Source: an uncultured Planctomycetales bacterium (lineage in GTDB: Bacteria; Omnitrophota; Gorgyraeia; Zapsychrales; CAYRXT01). From it: a stretch of 64,000 nt of DNA. The notes under the pieces are model-generated. The model was not told the DNA's origin. It searched no databases and saw only the letters and a list, made by a program, of their open reading frames with translations. The position numbers were made by a program, and so were the translations under genes. Positions 31,571 through 44,652 of the stretch are shown here, piece after piece (position 1 is the stretch's first letter; each line of letters starts with the position of its first letter). The stretch lies in NCBI GenBank assembly GCA_964428315.1, contig CAYRXT010000006.1, positions 8,071 through 72,070 on the forward strand, given 5' to 3'.

Positions 31571-32842
31571 ATGCGCTGGACGAATTACTTCATCCCGACA
31601 AGCAGGGAAATCCCCGTCGGCACCGAAGCCGCAAGCCATCAGTTGTTGTTGCGCGCGGGCCTGGTGAACATGTTGACGGCCGGTGTCTATTCTTATCTGC
31701 CCCTGGGGTTACGGGTCCTGAACAGGATCGAGACGATCATCTGCGAGGAGATGGACGCCGCCGGAGCCCACAAACTGTTTTTGCCCTGTCTGCAACCGAT
31801 CGAACTTTGGCAGAAGACCGGCCGCGACGAAATCCTGAAGGATGTCATGATTCGTTTTGAAGACAGACGCAAACGGCAGCTCTGCCTGGGGCCCACTCAT
31901 GAAGAGGTCATTACCCAGATCGTCAAAGAATACACGCAATCCTATCGCCAGCTGCCGGTAGTCCTTTATCAGATCCAGACGAAGTTTCGCGATGAGGCGA
32001 GGCCGCGTTTCGGGATCGTGCGCGCCTGCGAATTCATCATGAAGGATGCCTACAGTTTTGACCGGGACAGGGAGGGCCTGCAGAACAACTATCGAAAAAT
32101 GTTTGAGGCGTATAATCGGATTTTCAAAAGGTGCGGTCTTAAGCCGGCCGTTATCGAGGCGGATTCCGGGGCCATGGGAGGGGATGTCTCCCATGAGTAT
32201 CTCGTCCCCGCCGCAATCGGAGAAGACGAGATAATGCTTTGCGGGGACTGCGGGTCGGCTTCGGCCGTCTGTGAGGAGCAGGCCAAGCCGGAGGCGTGCC
32301 CGCAGTGTCAGGGATCATCGTTGCTTAAACAGGTTGCCATCGAGATTGGCCATATTTTTCAGTTGGGAACAAAATACAGCGCGGCCCAGGGCGCGATGTT
32401 TCTGGATGAGGACGGCAGGCGGAAGCCGATTATCATGGGTTGCTATGGCATCGGAGTTTCCCGCCTTATCGCGGCGATCATAGAGACCAACCATGACGAG
32501 AACGGCATCATATGGCCGGACGAGGTCGCGCCCTTCGATATTGCACTCATCCCCCTGCAGACACAGGAGGAGGACATTAGGATTTTGGCGGAGACGTATT
32601 ACGATGAGTTAAAAAAGGAAGGATACAAGGTGCTCCTTGACGACCGGGCGGAAAGCGCGGGGGTCAAACTTAATGACGCGGATTTGATAGGTCTTCCGCG
32701 GCGGATTGTCATCGGACGCAAGAAACTCAAAGAGGATAAAGTCGAAATCAAGGACCGCGGGACCGGCGAGGTTAGGGATATCGGCAAGGACATGGTTGTC
32801 GCCGAACTGAAAAGACGGAACAGCCATCATGAAAATGGATAA
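31571..32842 (+). CDS. proS: Proline--tRNA ligase, short form with the editing domain replaced by a Cys-rich segment
   Basis: LGPTHEE, QIQTKFRDE.RPRFG, IEIGHIFQLGTKYS and MGCYGIGVSR motifs; 423 aa. Confidence 0.96.
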   Translation: MRWTNYFIPTSREIPVGTEAASHQLLLRAGLVNMLTAGVYSYLPLGLRVLNRIETIICEEMDAAGAHKLFLPCLQPIELWQKTGRDEILKDVMIRFEDRRKRQLCLGPTHEEVITQIVKEYTQSYRQLPVVLYQIQTKFRDEARPRFGIVRACEFIMKDAYSFDRDREGLQNNYRKMFEAYNRIFKRCGLKPAVIEADSGAMGGDVSHEYLVPAAIGEDEIMLCGDCGSASAVCEEQAKPEACPQCQGSSLLKQVAIEIGHIFQLGTKYSAAQGAMFLDEDGRRKPIIMGCYGIGVSRLIAAIIETNHDENGIIWPDEVAPFDIALIPLQTQEEDIRILAETYYDELKKEGYKVLLDDRAESAGVKLNDADLIGLPRRIVIGRKKLKEDKVEIKDRGTGEVRDIGKDMVVAELKRRNSHHENG

Positions 32843-33296
32843 GGACCAGTTGGTAGAGGCTATCGAAAAGCTGACCCTGCCGGTTCTCGAGTCCGGCGGC
32901 CATGAGCTGGTCGATCTTCAAATCCGGGGAGGGAAGGGCAAAACCGTCATTGATATCTTGGTTGACAAAAAAGAGGGCCGTATCCGTCTCGATGAATGCG
33001 CCAGGATCAACCGCGCCGTAACAGCGGGCATCGAAACCGGAAACCTCATCGCTCATTCCTACGTCGTAAACGTCTCTTCGCCGGGACTGGACAGGCCGCT
33101 CAAATCGCCGAGGGACTTTCAAAGAAGCGTCGGACAGAAGATGAAGATTGTTTTATCGGAGCCTGTTGAAGGGAAAAATGAATATGCCGGGGCCCTGGAG
33201 GATATCCAGAACGAAACGCTGATCTTGAAGGCCAGTAATGGCACAATCCGCATACCGCTGGGCGTCGTGAAGACCGGCAAGAGAGACATATTTTAA
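32829..33296 (+). CDS. rimP: Ribosome maturation factor RimP
   Basis: LDEC and VSSPGLDRPL motifs; upstream of nusA. Confidence 0.93.
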   Translation: MKMDKDQLVEAIEKLTLPVLESGGHELVDLQIRGGKGKTVIDILVDKKEGRIRLDECARINRAVTAGIETGNLIAHSYVVNVSSPGLDRPLKSPRDFQRSVGQKMKIVLSEPVEGKNEYAGALEDIQNETLILKASNGTIRIPLGVVKTGKRDIF

Positions 33297-33335
33297 AAAC
33301 GACAGCAGCACGTAAGAAAACCAAGGAAGGCGGCA

Positions 33336-34517
33336 ATGAGCAGTGAATTAATGATGATACTGGAACAGCTGGAGCGCGATAAAGGAATTAACAAGGAGAT
33401 CCTGATCGAGGCAGTCGAGACCGCCGTGGCTTCGGCGGCCCGCAAGGTGTGGACCGTCGACAAAAACCAGGAGGTTACGGCGCAGTTCGACCGCAAGACA
33501 GGAAAGATTACGGCCTTTGCCGACGGCGAGGAGATCAAGTCCAAAGATTTCGGGCGAATCGCCGCCCAGACCGCCAAGCAGGTGGTGATCCAGAAAATTC
33601 GCGAGGCCGAGAAAGACGTTGTCTACAACGAATATGAGGCCCGTATCGGGGAGATCATATCCGGGGGCGTATACCGTTTTGAGAAGGGGACCATCGTCGT
33701 CGATCTGGGGAAGACCGAAGCCTACGTGCCGAGAAGAGAACAGTCGTCCAAGGATGATTTTCGCCAGGGCGACAGAATCCGCGCCTACGTTTTGGAAGTG
33801 CGTCGGGATGTCAAGGGGCCGCAGATTATCCTTTCCCGTGGTCATCCCAATTTTGTGAAACGCCTTTTTGAGCTGGAAGTCCCGGAAATCTATGAGGGCA
33901 TCGTCGAGATTAAGTCGATTGCCCGTGACGCGGGTGAGCGGACAAAGATCGCGGTTTATTCAAAGGATGAGAAGGTGGATTGTGTTGGCGCCTGTGTCGG
34001 CATGCGGGGTTCCCGGGTGAAAGGCATTGTTTCGGAATTGCAGGGCGAAAAGATTGACATCGTACGCTACTCTTCGGACATCCGCGAATTCATCCAGTCG
34101 GCCCTGTCCCCCGCGCAATTGACACAGATCGTCCTGCATAAAGAGGTCAAGAAGGCGGAGGTCATCGTCGCCGAGGACCAGCTGTCTCTGTCTATCGGAA
34201 AGCACGGACAGAATGTTCGCCTTGCCTCGAAACTGGTGGGCTGGGATCTGGACCTCTTTTCGGTTCCTCAGTATCAGGAGAAACAACAGCAGGGGGGAAG
34301 GGCGGAAGAGGAGGTTGAACAGGAGGAAATCGAGGTCTCCCTGCGTGATTTGAGCGGCATCGGCGAGAAATTGATCGGGCTTCTTGTCGAGGCCGGCTAT
34401 GACAGTCTGGAAAGGATTGCCGAGGCGACACCGGAAGAATTATCGAAGATCAAAGGCCTGGGTAAAGTCAAGGCCGAGCGCATGGTCACCGAGGCGCGGG
34501 AAATGATCAAAGGTTAA
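33336..34517 (+). CDS. nusA: Transcription termination/antitermination factor NusA with C-terminal HhH region
   Basis: FGRIAAQTAKQV, LFELEVPEI, GACVGMRG and IGKHGQNVRLA motifs. Confidence 0.97.
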   Translation: MSSELMMILEQLERDKGINKEILIEAVETAVASAARKVWTVDKNQEVTAQFDRKTGKITAFADGEEIKSKDFGRIAAQTAKQVVIQKIREAEKDVVYNEYEARIGEIISGGVYRFEKGTIVVDLGKTEAYVPRREQSSKDDFRQGDRIRAYVLEVRRDVKGPQIILSRGHPNFVKRLFELEVPEIYEGIVEIKSIARDAGERTKIAVYSKDEKVDCVGACVGMRGSRVKGIVSELQGEKIDIVRYSSDIREFIQSALSPAQLTQIVLHKEVKKAEVIVAEDQLSLSIGKHGQNVRLASKLVGWDLDLFSVPQYQEKQQQGGRAEEEVEQEEIEVSLRDLSGIGEKLIGLLVEAGYDSLERIAEATPEELSKIKGLGKVKAERMVTEAREMIKG

Positions 34518-34547
34518 AAGCACTGAACAAAGGATACACGGTCGATT

Positions 34548-36971
34548 ATGAAAGTTGCGGAACTAGCCGAACAATTAGGACTGGATGCCCAGGATATCCT
34601 GGATAAATTGAAATCCCTCAGGCTTAAGGCCAAAGGGCCCAACCAGGAACTGAACACGGTTGTGGAAACTGTCTTGAAAAACGAGTTTGAAGGAGCCGTA
34701 AAGGAGAAGAAAGAACAGAAGAAGGCGTCGAAAAAGGAAGAGCAGCCTTCTGCTCAGGAGGAAGAGGGCGCGCCTGCTGCAGAGGACAAGACGGTTAAAA
34801 AGTCCGTCAAAAAGACGACCAAAAAGAAAGTTGCCGAAAAACCGAAGACCGCGGTCAAAAAGCCGGCGGAGAAAAAAACCGTCAAAAAAACCGTTAAAAA
34901 GACAACGGCGAAAAAGACAGAAGATAAACCCAAAAAAAAGAAGTCTGCCGAAGAGAAGAAAAAAGCGCCTCTCAAACTGAAGACCACGATTATCAGGCGG
35001 CCGAAGACAAAGACGCCGCAACAGCGTGCCGGAAAGGAGGCCGCTTCGCCGGTGCCGGAAGAACAGAAAGACAAAGAACCTCAAAAGACAGACAAACTCG
35101 CTGCTGTGCCCCGTCCTCAGCCGACCAAGGCCGGGACGCCTCCCGAGGCGGAAAAAAGATATCCTCCGGCTAAGGCCGAGACACTTCCCGTTGAAAAGGC
35201 CGCAGCGGAAACGCGCGGGGAATTGGAGGTCCGCGTCCCGATTGCCGTCAAGGATCTTGCGGTTAAACTGCAGGAGAAGCCGAGTGTCATACTCAAAAAA
35301 TTGATGCAGATGGGGCTTATGGCCCACATTAACCAGAATCTGTCCGAGGAGATTGTCTCCCGTATTCTTAAAGAATTCGGTTATTCCTTGGCGAAAGTCA
35401 AAACACAGGAAGAAAGCATTATCGAGCAGCATGACCTCCAGCGGGAGGACGCGTCTCAGCTGAAAACACGGGCTCCCGTGGTCACCTTTATGGGGCACGT
35501 CGACCACGGTAAAACCACGTTGCTTGATCAGATACGGAAAAGTAAAATCGTAGATCAGGAGCACGGAGGCATTACCCAGCATATGGGGGCCTATTCCGTT
35601 AAAGTGGCCAAAGGCTCGATCTCCTTTCTGGACACGCCTGGACACGAGGCGTTTACCGCGATGCGGGCCCGTGGCGCGCATATCACGGATCTGGTGGTTT
35701 TGGTCATAGCGGCCGACGAGGGCGTCATGCCTCAGACTGACGAGGCGATTGATCACGCGCGCGCGGCGAAAGTCCCGATTGTGGTGGCCTTGAACAAGAT
35801 CGATAAAGCCAGCGCCGATCCCGACCTTGTAAAAAAGCAGTTAATGGAGAGGGGATTGGTCCCGGAGGATTGGGGAGGGAAAACGATCGTATCTCCTGTG
35901 TCGGCTGTTTCGGGTGAAGGCGTAGACCATCTCCTTGAGATGATTCTTCTGGAAGCTGAACTGTTGGAGCTTAGGGCCAATCCCGGTAAGAAGGCGTCGG
36001 GTATAGTTGTGGAGGCCCAGCTGACGCATGGCCGGGGCCCTGTCGCCACTATCCTTATCCAGAACGGCACCCTGCAGGAAGGCGACGCTCTTATCGTCGG
36101 ACCCTGTTATGCCAAGGTGAAGGCCATGTTCAATGACCGGCAGAAACCGGTCAAGGAAGCGGGGCCCTCGTCAGCCGTCGAAATCCTCGGCCTTTCCGGC
36201 GTTCCTGAAGCCGGCGAAATATTTTATGTCGTTGAGGATGAAAAGACGGCACGGGACGTAGCCGGAAAGCGTGAACAGAAGGCCAAGGATGTGAAACTGC
36301 AGACATCACAGAAAATCACCCTGGAAGATGTTTATTCCCAGATCCAGGAAGGAAGGATAAAAGAACTGAACATTATCCTTAAGGCCGATGTCCAGGGATC
36401 GGTGGGGGCCTTGCAGGATTCTTTATTGAAGTTATCGACTGACGAAGTCAAGCTGAACTTCATTCATACGGGTGTGGGGGTCGTGAATGCCTCGGATGTC
36501 ATCCTGGCCGGGGCCTCCAACGCTGTCATCATCGCCTTTAATGTGGGCTTGGGACCGCGGGCCAAAGAGGAGCTGGAAAAGATTCAGATCGATGTCCGCG
36601 AGTACCGGATCATCTATGACGCCATCAACGATATGAAGAAGGCCCTCGAAGGAATGCTGGAACCGCGGAAGAAAAAAATATTCACGGGACGCGCCGAAGT
36701 CCGGGATGTGTTCAAATTAAGCAAGGCGGGAAGCGTCGCCGGGTGTTTTGTCACAAAGGGAAAGTTGGCGCGCCGCGCCAATATCGATGTGCTGCGTAAT
36801 GGCGAGTCCGTGCATTCGGGTCGCATATCAACGCTGAAACGCTTCAAGGATGATGTGCGGGAAGTCTCGGAGGGTTATGAATGCGGTATTACAGTTGAAG
36901 GATTCAACGATTATCAGGTGGGGGATATCTTTGAGGCTTACGAGATTGAGACAATTGCCAGAACGCTTTAA
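34548..36971 (+). CDS. infB: Translation initiation factor IF-2
   Basis: [29 protein letters not shown] and LKRFKDDV motifs; Lys-rich N-terminus. Confidence 0.98.
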   Translation: MKVAELAEQLGLDAQDILDKLKSLRLKAKGPNQELNTVVETVLKNEFEGAVKEKKEQKKASKKEEQPSAQEEEGAPAAEDKTVKKSVKKTTKKKVAEKPKTAVKKPAEKKTVKKTVKKTTAKKTEDKPKKKKSAEEKKKAPLKLKTTIIRRPKTKTPQQRAGKEAASPVPEEQKDKEPQKTDKLAAVPRPQPTKAGTPPEAEKRYPPAKAETLPVEKAAAETRGELEVRVPIAVKDLAVKLQEKPSVILKKLMQMGLMAHINQNLSEEIVSRILKEFGYSLAKVKTQEESIIEQHDLQREDASQLKTRAPVVTFMGHVDHGKTTLLDQIRKSKIVDQEHGGITQHMGAYSVKVAKGSISFLDTPGHEAFTAMRARGAHITDLVVLVIAADEGVMPQTDEAIDHARAAKVPIVVALNKIDKASADPDLVKKQLMERGLVPEDWGGKTIVSPVSAVSGEGVDHLLEMILLEAELLELRANPGKKASGIVVEAQLTHGRGPVATILIQNGTLQEGDALIVGPCYAKVKAMFNDRQKPVKEAGPSSAVEILGLSGVPEAGEIFYVVEDEKTARDVAGKREQKAKDVKLQTSQKITLEDVYSQIQEGRIKELNIILKADVQGSVGALQDSLLKLSTDEVKLNFIHTGVGVVNASDVILAGASNAVIIAFNVGLGPRAKEELEKIQIDVREYRIIYDAINDMKKALEGMLEPRKKKIFTGRAEVRDVFKLSKAGSVAGCFVTKGKLARRANIDVLRNGESVHSGRISTLKRFKDDVREVSEGYECGITVEGFNDYQVGDIFEAYEIETIARTL

Positions 36972-36991
36972 CGGAGGAAGAACGGTTTTTC

Positions 36992-37972
36992 ATGAAAAAA
37001 AAGATTTTTAGCGGAATGCGTCCAACGGGTAAATTGCACCTGGGTCATCTTGTCGGGGCGCTTCACAACTGGGTTCGTCTGCAGGAGGAATACGACTGTA
37101 TTTTCGGCCTTGTCGACTGGCATGCCCTGATGGGGGAATACGAACAGAGCGAGAGTATCCGGAGGAATATGATCGACAACGCCATCGACTGGATCGCCTG
37201 CGGGATCGATCCTGAACGCTCGACGATTGCCGTGCAGTCCCAGGTGCCGGAGCATCTTGAGCTTTTTATGATTTTTTCGTGCCTGACACCGCTGGGCTGG
37301 CTGGAGAGAAACCCGACCTACAAGGAACAGATGAGGGAGATTACGACCCGGGACCTGCACACCTACGGTTTTCTGGGATATCCGGTCCTCCAGGCCGCGG
37401 ACATCATGCTTTACAAGGCCGAGGCGGTTCCCATCGGGGAGGACCAGCTTCCGCATATCGAATTAACGCGGGAGATCGCCAGGCGTTTCAATCATATTTT
37501 CCGCACGAAATATTTTTCTGACTGCGAGGCCATCCTGACGCCGGTTCCCCGGTTATTGGGACTGGACAACCGGAAGATGAGCAAGAGTTACCAGAACACG
37601 ATTAATCTTTCTGACGATGCCCGGACTGTGACCGAAAAGGTCCGCACAATGTTCACCGATCCTGCCCGCATCAAACTAAGCGATCCCGGCCATCCGGACG
37701 TTTGCAACGTCTACAGCTATTATAAAGTTTTTGCGCCCCAAAAGGCGGAGGATGTCTGGAATTGGTGCGCCGGGGCCCGAAAAGGCTGCACCGAATGCAA
37801 GACGATACTCGCGGACCATATTAACTCAACGCTGGAACCGATCCGGGCCAGACGGCGGGAGATTGAGAAACGGCCGGGTCGCATTGAGGAGATCATCCGG
37901 GAAGGAACGGCAAAGGCGCGCGGGATAGCGCAAAAGACCATGGGGGAAATCAGGTCAATCATTTTCGGGTAG
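36992..37972 (+). CDS. trpS: Tryptophan--tRNA ligase
   Basis: SGMRPTGKLHLGH, YPVLQAADI, GEDQ..H and KMSKS motifs. Confidence 0.97.
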   Translation: MKKKIFSGMRPTGKLHLGHLVGALHNWVRLQEEYDCIFGLVDWHALMGEYEQSESIRRNMIDNAIDWIACGIDPERSTIAVQSQVPEHLELFMIFSCLTPLGWLERNPTYKEQMREITTRDLHTYGFLGYPVLQAADIMLYKAEAVPIGEDQLPHIELTREIARRFNHIFRTKYFSDCEAILTPVPRLLGLDNRKMSKSYQNTINLSDDARTVTEKVRTMFTDPARIKLSDPGHPDVCNVYSYYKVFAPQKAEDVWNWCAGARKGCTECKTILADHINSTLEPIRARRREIEKRPGRIEEIIREGTAKARGIAQKTMGEIRSIIFG

Positions 37973-37976
37973 AATC

Positions 37977-38792
37977 ATGTACAAGATCAAACTGGATATA
38001 TTCGAAGGGCCGCTGGACCTCCTGCTCTATCTGATTAAGAAGAACGAACTGGATATCTGTGATATATCCATCACCCAGGTGACCGAACAGTATCTTCAGT
38101 ATGTGGAGATGATGAAGCTTCTCGATTTGGAAATGGTCGGGGAATTTCTCGTCATGGCGGCTACTCTCATGCAGATCAAGTCCCGGATGTTGCTGCCCCC
38201 GGATCCTTCGCAGGAAGAGACCGAAGAGGCCGATCCACGTGAGGAGCTTGTCCGCCGCTTGCAGGAATATAAGAAGTTCAAAGAGGTAGCCGAAGACCTG
38301 AGAACGAAAGAGACGAGACGCAAGGATCTCTTCACGAGACGGATCGACGAAGAAAAGACCAAAGAACTGAAGCAGGAAAGCACAGAAGTCTATTTTGAGG
38401 CCAGCCTCTTTGACTTGATATCTGCCCTTTCACAGGTTCTGAAAAACATCCCCAAAGAGGTCTTTTATGAAGTGGTCAAAGACGAGCACACGGTTGATAA
38501 GAAGATCCACGACCTCCTTCATTTGCTGCTGGATCATCCCAGGGTCATGCTTTTGGATCTCTTCAAGCGCTGTGAAAGCAAGATTGAAGCCATCGTGACA
38601 TTTATGGCGATACTCGAACTGATCCGCCTGCGGGAGATCGTCGCGCTCCAGCACCGGCAGTTCGACAATATTGAGATCATCCGTAACAAGGAGAACATCC
38701 TTCCCAAGGAGGCCGCCGTATCACCTCAGGAGCAGGGCGAAGAAGACGCCGGGATGGGCGCTGGCGGTCCGGGGGAAGGGGACGCGGAATAA
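37977..38792 (+). CDS. scpA: Segregation/condensation protein A (kleisin)
   Basis: FEGPLDLLLYLI, EFLVMAATL..IKSRMLLP and FMAILEL motifs. Confidence 0.95.
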   Translation: MYKIKLDIFEGPLDLLLYLIKKNELDICDISITQVTEQYLQYVEMMKLLDLEMVGEFLVMAATLMQIKSRMLLPPDPSQEETEEADPREELVRRLQEYKKFKEVAEDLRTKETRRKDLFTRRIDEEKTKELKQESTEVYFEASLFDLISALSQVLKNIPKEVFYEVVKDEHTVDKKIHDLLHLLLDHPRVMLLDLFKRCESKIEAIVTFMAILELIRLREIVALQHRQFDNIEIIRNKENILPKEAAVSPQEQGEEDAGMGAGGPGEGDAE

Positions 38793-38826
38793 CAGGTCAT
38801 CGGATCCCGAGGGTAACAACCGTCAG

Positions 38827-39870
38827 ATGGGCAAAGAAACACGAAAACTTGTTCTAGGCCAGGAGACCGAGGAGGATATCGTTGTCGGTCTGTCCTTAAG
38901 GCCGGTCCGTCTTGAGAATTTTATCGGTCAGCCCGATCTTGTCGAAGGCTTGAGGGTTTCCCTGGAGGCGGCACGTCAACGCCAGGAACCGGTGGAGCAT
39001 ATGTTGTTTTCCGGACCGCCGGGGTTGGGGAAGACAACCTTGGCCTACATTGTCTCGCACGAGATGCAGACGCGTATCACGGTCACATCCGGCCCGGCCA
39101 TCGAGCGCGCCGGCGACCTGATCGGGATCCTGACAAACCTGGAACGCGGCGATATCCTGTTTATTGACGAGATCCACCGCCTGTCGAAAACTGTTGAAGA
39201 ATTCCTTTATCCGGCGATGGAGAATTTTCAGATCGATTTCGTGGTCGATAAGGGCCCCTATGCGAAGACCATTAAGTTCAATCTCAAGCCTTTTACCTTG
39301 ATCGGGGCGACCACGCGCAGCGGCCTTTTGGCCTCGCCCCTGCGCGACCGTTTCGGCATTTTTCATCATCTCGATTTCTATAGCCCCGAGGAACTAGCCA
39401 AGATTGTCCGCAATTCGGCGGATAAATTAAGCCTCGTCATTGACCAGGAAGCGGGTCTTGAGATCGCCCGCCGGGCGAGGGGCACTCCGCGCATCGCCAA
39501 CCGGCTTTTGCGCCGGGTCCGGGATTATGTGCAGGTCAAAACCGATCACGATTATATGGATTTGGAGACGGTCTATAAGGCCATGAAGATATTGGGAATC
39601 GATGAGGCCGGTCTTGACGAGACAGACAGGAAACTCATGCATGTCATTCACGAACATTATCGGGGAGGGCCCGTCGGTGTGGAAACCCTGGCGGCGACCC
39701 TCAACGAAGAGATTGATACGATCGTTGACGTGGTGGAGCCGTATTTGCTTAAAAGCGGATTTATCCGGCGGACGCCGCGCGGCCGGGAATTGACCGGGAC
39801 CGCTTACAAACATCTCAAGATGCCTATTCCCCAAAGTCATACGAATCAAAAGGAATTATTCAATTCCTGA
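38827..39870 (+). CDS. ruvB: Holliday junction branch migration helicase RuvB
   Basis: LRP, GPPGLGKTT, LFIDEIHRL, GATTR, RGTPRIANRLLRRVRD and RTPRGR motifs; ATG at 38827. Confidence 0.97.
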   Translation: MGKETRKLVLGQETEEDIVVGLSLRPVRLENFIGQPDLVEGLRVSLEAARQRQEPVEHMLFSGPPGLGKTTLAYIVSHEMQTRITVTSGPAIERAGDLIGILTNLERGDILFIDEIHRLSKTVEEFLYPAMENFQIDFVVDKGPYAKTIKFNLKPFTLIGATTRSGLLASPLRDRFGIFHHLDFYSPEELAKIVRNSADKLSLVIDQEAGLEIARRARGTPRIANRLLRRVRDYVQVKTDHDYMDLETVYKAMKILGIDEAGLDETDRKLMHVIHEHYRGGPVGVETLAATLNEEIDTIVDVVEPYLLKSGFIRRTPRGRELTGTAYKHLKMPIPQSHTNQKELFNS

Positions 39871-39922
39871 ACACACGTTGTGTCCCAGGACAAATCCCGG
39901 AATCTTTCTGAGGGAATAAGCC

Positions 39923-40138
39923 GTGGGTGAGACGGGCAAGTTGCTTATTGTGATTGGATGTGTTCTGATTGTCTCGGGCGCCTTGTTTCTTATGGCAGGC
40001 AAAATTCCCGGCCTGGGCAGACTGCCCGGTGATATCACGATCAAAAAAGAGAACTTCACGTTTTATTTTCCTTTGACCACATGTATTCTCTTAAGTTTGG
40101 CGTTGACCCTGATTTTTTTCCTGATCAACCGGCGTTAA
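39923..40138 (+). CDS. DUF2905 small membrane protein
   Basis: LGRLPGDI..K.ENFTFYFPLTTCILLS signature; usual ruvB-DUF2905-spoIID-queA order. Confidence 0.88.
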   Translation: MGETGKLLIVIGCVLIVSGALFLMAGKIPGLGRLPGDITIKKENFTFYFPLTTCILLSLALTLIFFLINRR

Positions 40139-40155
40139 ACCTATTGGGAATCTGA

Positions 40156-41308
40156 ATGATGATTCGATGGCGATTCCTTCTGATGCTGTGCGGGATTTTC
40201 TTGTGGGGCTGTTCCGCCTCCCAGGCGATGAGCCGGATCCCCATGGTCCGTTCCTCTTATCCGGTTAAGGTGGCCATCATTCAAGGCGCCGCATCTTTCG
40301 AGCTGACCATCCGGGGAAATTTCGACATCTACACGTCGGACAAAAAACGGCTGTATTCGGGAAGACGGCTGAGAAAGGCCAGGGTTACCCCGGGTGTTTC
40401 GGGCATCAAGATAGAAGATTTGGATTTCCACGAAGATAAGATAAAGATTATGCCCGAACGCGTCGCCTCACTTTATGTCAATAACCGGCGGTTTCGCGGC
40501 AGTCTGGATGTCATCCGGAAATCCAGCGAGTCTCTTTTAGCGGTCAATACAGTGGACCTCGAAGATTATATCTGCGGTGTGCTTTATCACGAGGTCTCTC
40601 CGCGTTGGCCCATGGAATCCCTCAAGGCCCAGGCCGTAGCCGCCCGGACCTACGCGTTGTATCGCGCATCCAAGAACAAGAAGCGGCCCTACGACCTGAC
40701 CAATGACATTTACTCTCAGGTCTATGGCGGACGGACTTCGGAGAAATACCGGACCAATCTGGCCGTAGAGGCGACGGCTGGTATGGTGCTGGCCTACGAC
40801 GGGGAACTTTTCCCGAGTTATTTTCATGCCGATAGCGGCGGGCATACGGAAGACGTCAGTGAATTATGGGATGAGGATTGGCCGCCTTTGCAGGGCGTGC
40901 GGGACCCGTTTTCCCGGCAGTCTCCGCATTATAATTGGAAGAGGAATTTTCGTTCCAAGGATATTCAGGACAAGCTGAATGAGGCCGGCTACGACATCTG
41001 GCTGATCGAATCCATCGAGGTCACTGAAAGAAATCCGAGCGGGCGCATTCGAAGATTAAAAATCACCGACCGCAAGGGCAAGTCCGTGGAAATCAGCGGG
41101 AAGGACTTCCGTCATTTGGTCGGTCCCAATATTGTCCGAAGCAACAAATACGACGTGCTGATGCAGGGATATTATTTCGATCTAATCGGTCAGGGCTGGG
41201 GGCACGGCGTGGGCATGAGCCAGTGGGGCGCGAATTTTATGGCCCGCGACAGGAAATCTTTCCGGGAGATTCTGCGTTTTTATTATCCCGGCACCAGGAT
41301 CGTCCATT

Positions 41309-41328
<20 letters not shown>
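40156..41328 (+). CDS. SpoIID/LytB-domain lipoprotein (lytic transglycosylase-like)
   Basis: Lipobox LWGC; EDYICGVL.HE, ESLKAQAVAARTY, SQVYGG, GWGHGVGMSQWGA and YYPG motifs. Confidence 0.92.
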
Positions 41329-43475
<2,147 letters not shown>

Positions 43476-43476
<1 letters not shown>

Positions 43477-44177
43477 TGACTTTCGATATTATTACTATTT
43501 TCCCCGATATGTTTGGCCCCGTTATGAATGAGTCCATTATGAAAAGGGGACAGGACAAGGGGAAGATAACGATACGGATACATGACCTGCGTCGTTACAC
43601 GAAAGACAAACACCGGAAAGTGGACGACCGCCCCTTCGGCGGCGGGCCGGGGATGGTCATGATGGCCCAGCCGATCTATGACGCGGTCAGGAAGATCAGG
43701 GGCCGGCGCAAGGCTAAAGCGATCTTGATGACGCCCGCCGGACGAAGGCTTGACCAGAAGATGGTCAAGGAACTGGCTCGGGAAAAGAATTTGATCATTT
43801 TATGCGGACATTATGAAGGGATCGATGAAAGGGTCCGGGAACTGGTTGCCGATGAGAGCGTCTCTATCGGTGATTACGTGTTGACGGGCGGAGAGATTGC
43901 GGCCATGGTGCTTCTCGATTCTGTGGCGAGGCTTGTTCCCGGCGTGGTCGGAAAGGCCTCTTCCCTGACACAGGAGAGTTTTGAAGGGGACCTGTTGGAG
44001 TATCCGCATTACACCCGCCCAGCAAATTTTCTTGGAAAGAAAGCCCCAAATGTGTTATTATCGGGGAATCATAAAGAGATTGAAAAGTGGCGCAAGGCGG
44101 TAGCCGTGAAACGGACCAGATCGCTGAGGCCGGATCTCATCAAAAGGAAAGGCCGAAACAGAAATAATTCGTTGTGA
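43476..44177 (+). CDS. trmD: tRNA (guanine37-N1)-methyltransferase
   Basis: VDDRPFGGGPGM, CGHYEGIDER, SIGDYVLTGGE, YPHYTRP and LLSGNH motifs. Confidence 0.98.
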
Positions 44178-44188
44178 GGAGGTTTAAG

Positions 44189-44545
44189 ATGTCTAACGTG
44201 CAGGCGACACTGAAGATGATCGAAAAAAATCATATGAGGGAAGATCTTCCTGATTTTCATGTCGGCGATACGGTCAAGATGAAAGTCAAGGTGCAGGAAG
44301 CGGACAAAATGAGACTGCATCCTTTTGAAGGCATCGTCATTCGCAAGACCGGCAGAGGCCAACGAGGCACCTTCACGGTCAGGAAGATCTCTTATGGGGA
44401 GGGGGTCGAAAGGGTATTCCCTCTGCATTCACCGGTTATTGAGAGCCTCGAGGTCGTGAGTCAGGGCATCATCAAAAGAGCCCGTCTTTACTATTTACGC
44501 GGCCGTCAAGGTAAAAAGGCTCGAGTCCGCAAAAAGATCACCTGA
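44189..44545 (+). CDS. rplS: 50S ribosomal protein L19
   Basis: PDFHVGDTV, FEGIVI, FTVRKISYGEGVER.FP.HSP and RARLYYLR motifs; SD GAGGAGG. Confidence 0.97.
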   Translation: MSNVQATLKMIEKNHMREDLPDFHVGDTVKMKVKVQEADKMRLHPFEGIVIRKTGRGQRGTFTVRKISYGEGVERVFPLHSPVIESLEVVSQGIIKRARLYYLRGRQGKKARVRKKIT

Positions 44546-44652
44546 CGCACCGGCCTCACGAACATCTCCAAGAGGGCATTGAATCGGCCCACGGGATCGA
44601 AGCCTCCTCTATATAATTATCCCAAATCTAGCGGGCCAGCCGAACAGGGCGT

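Noticed and set aside
38671-38826. N-terminal extensions in the ORF track (ruvB; similarly serA, yraN, folD, TPR, coaE, trpG)
   Set aside because: They overlap upstream genes or promoters; downstream ATG/GTG starts match family N-termini.
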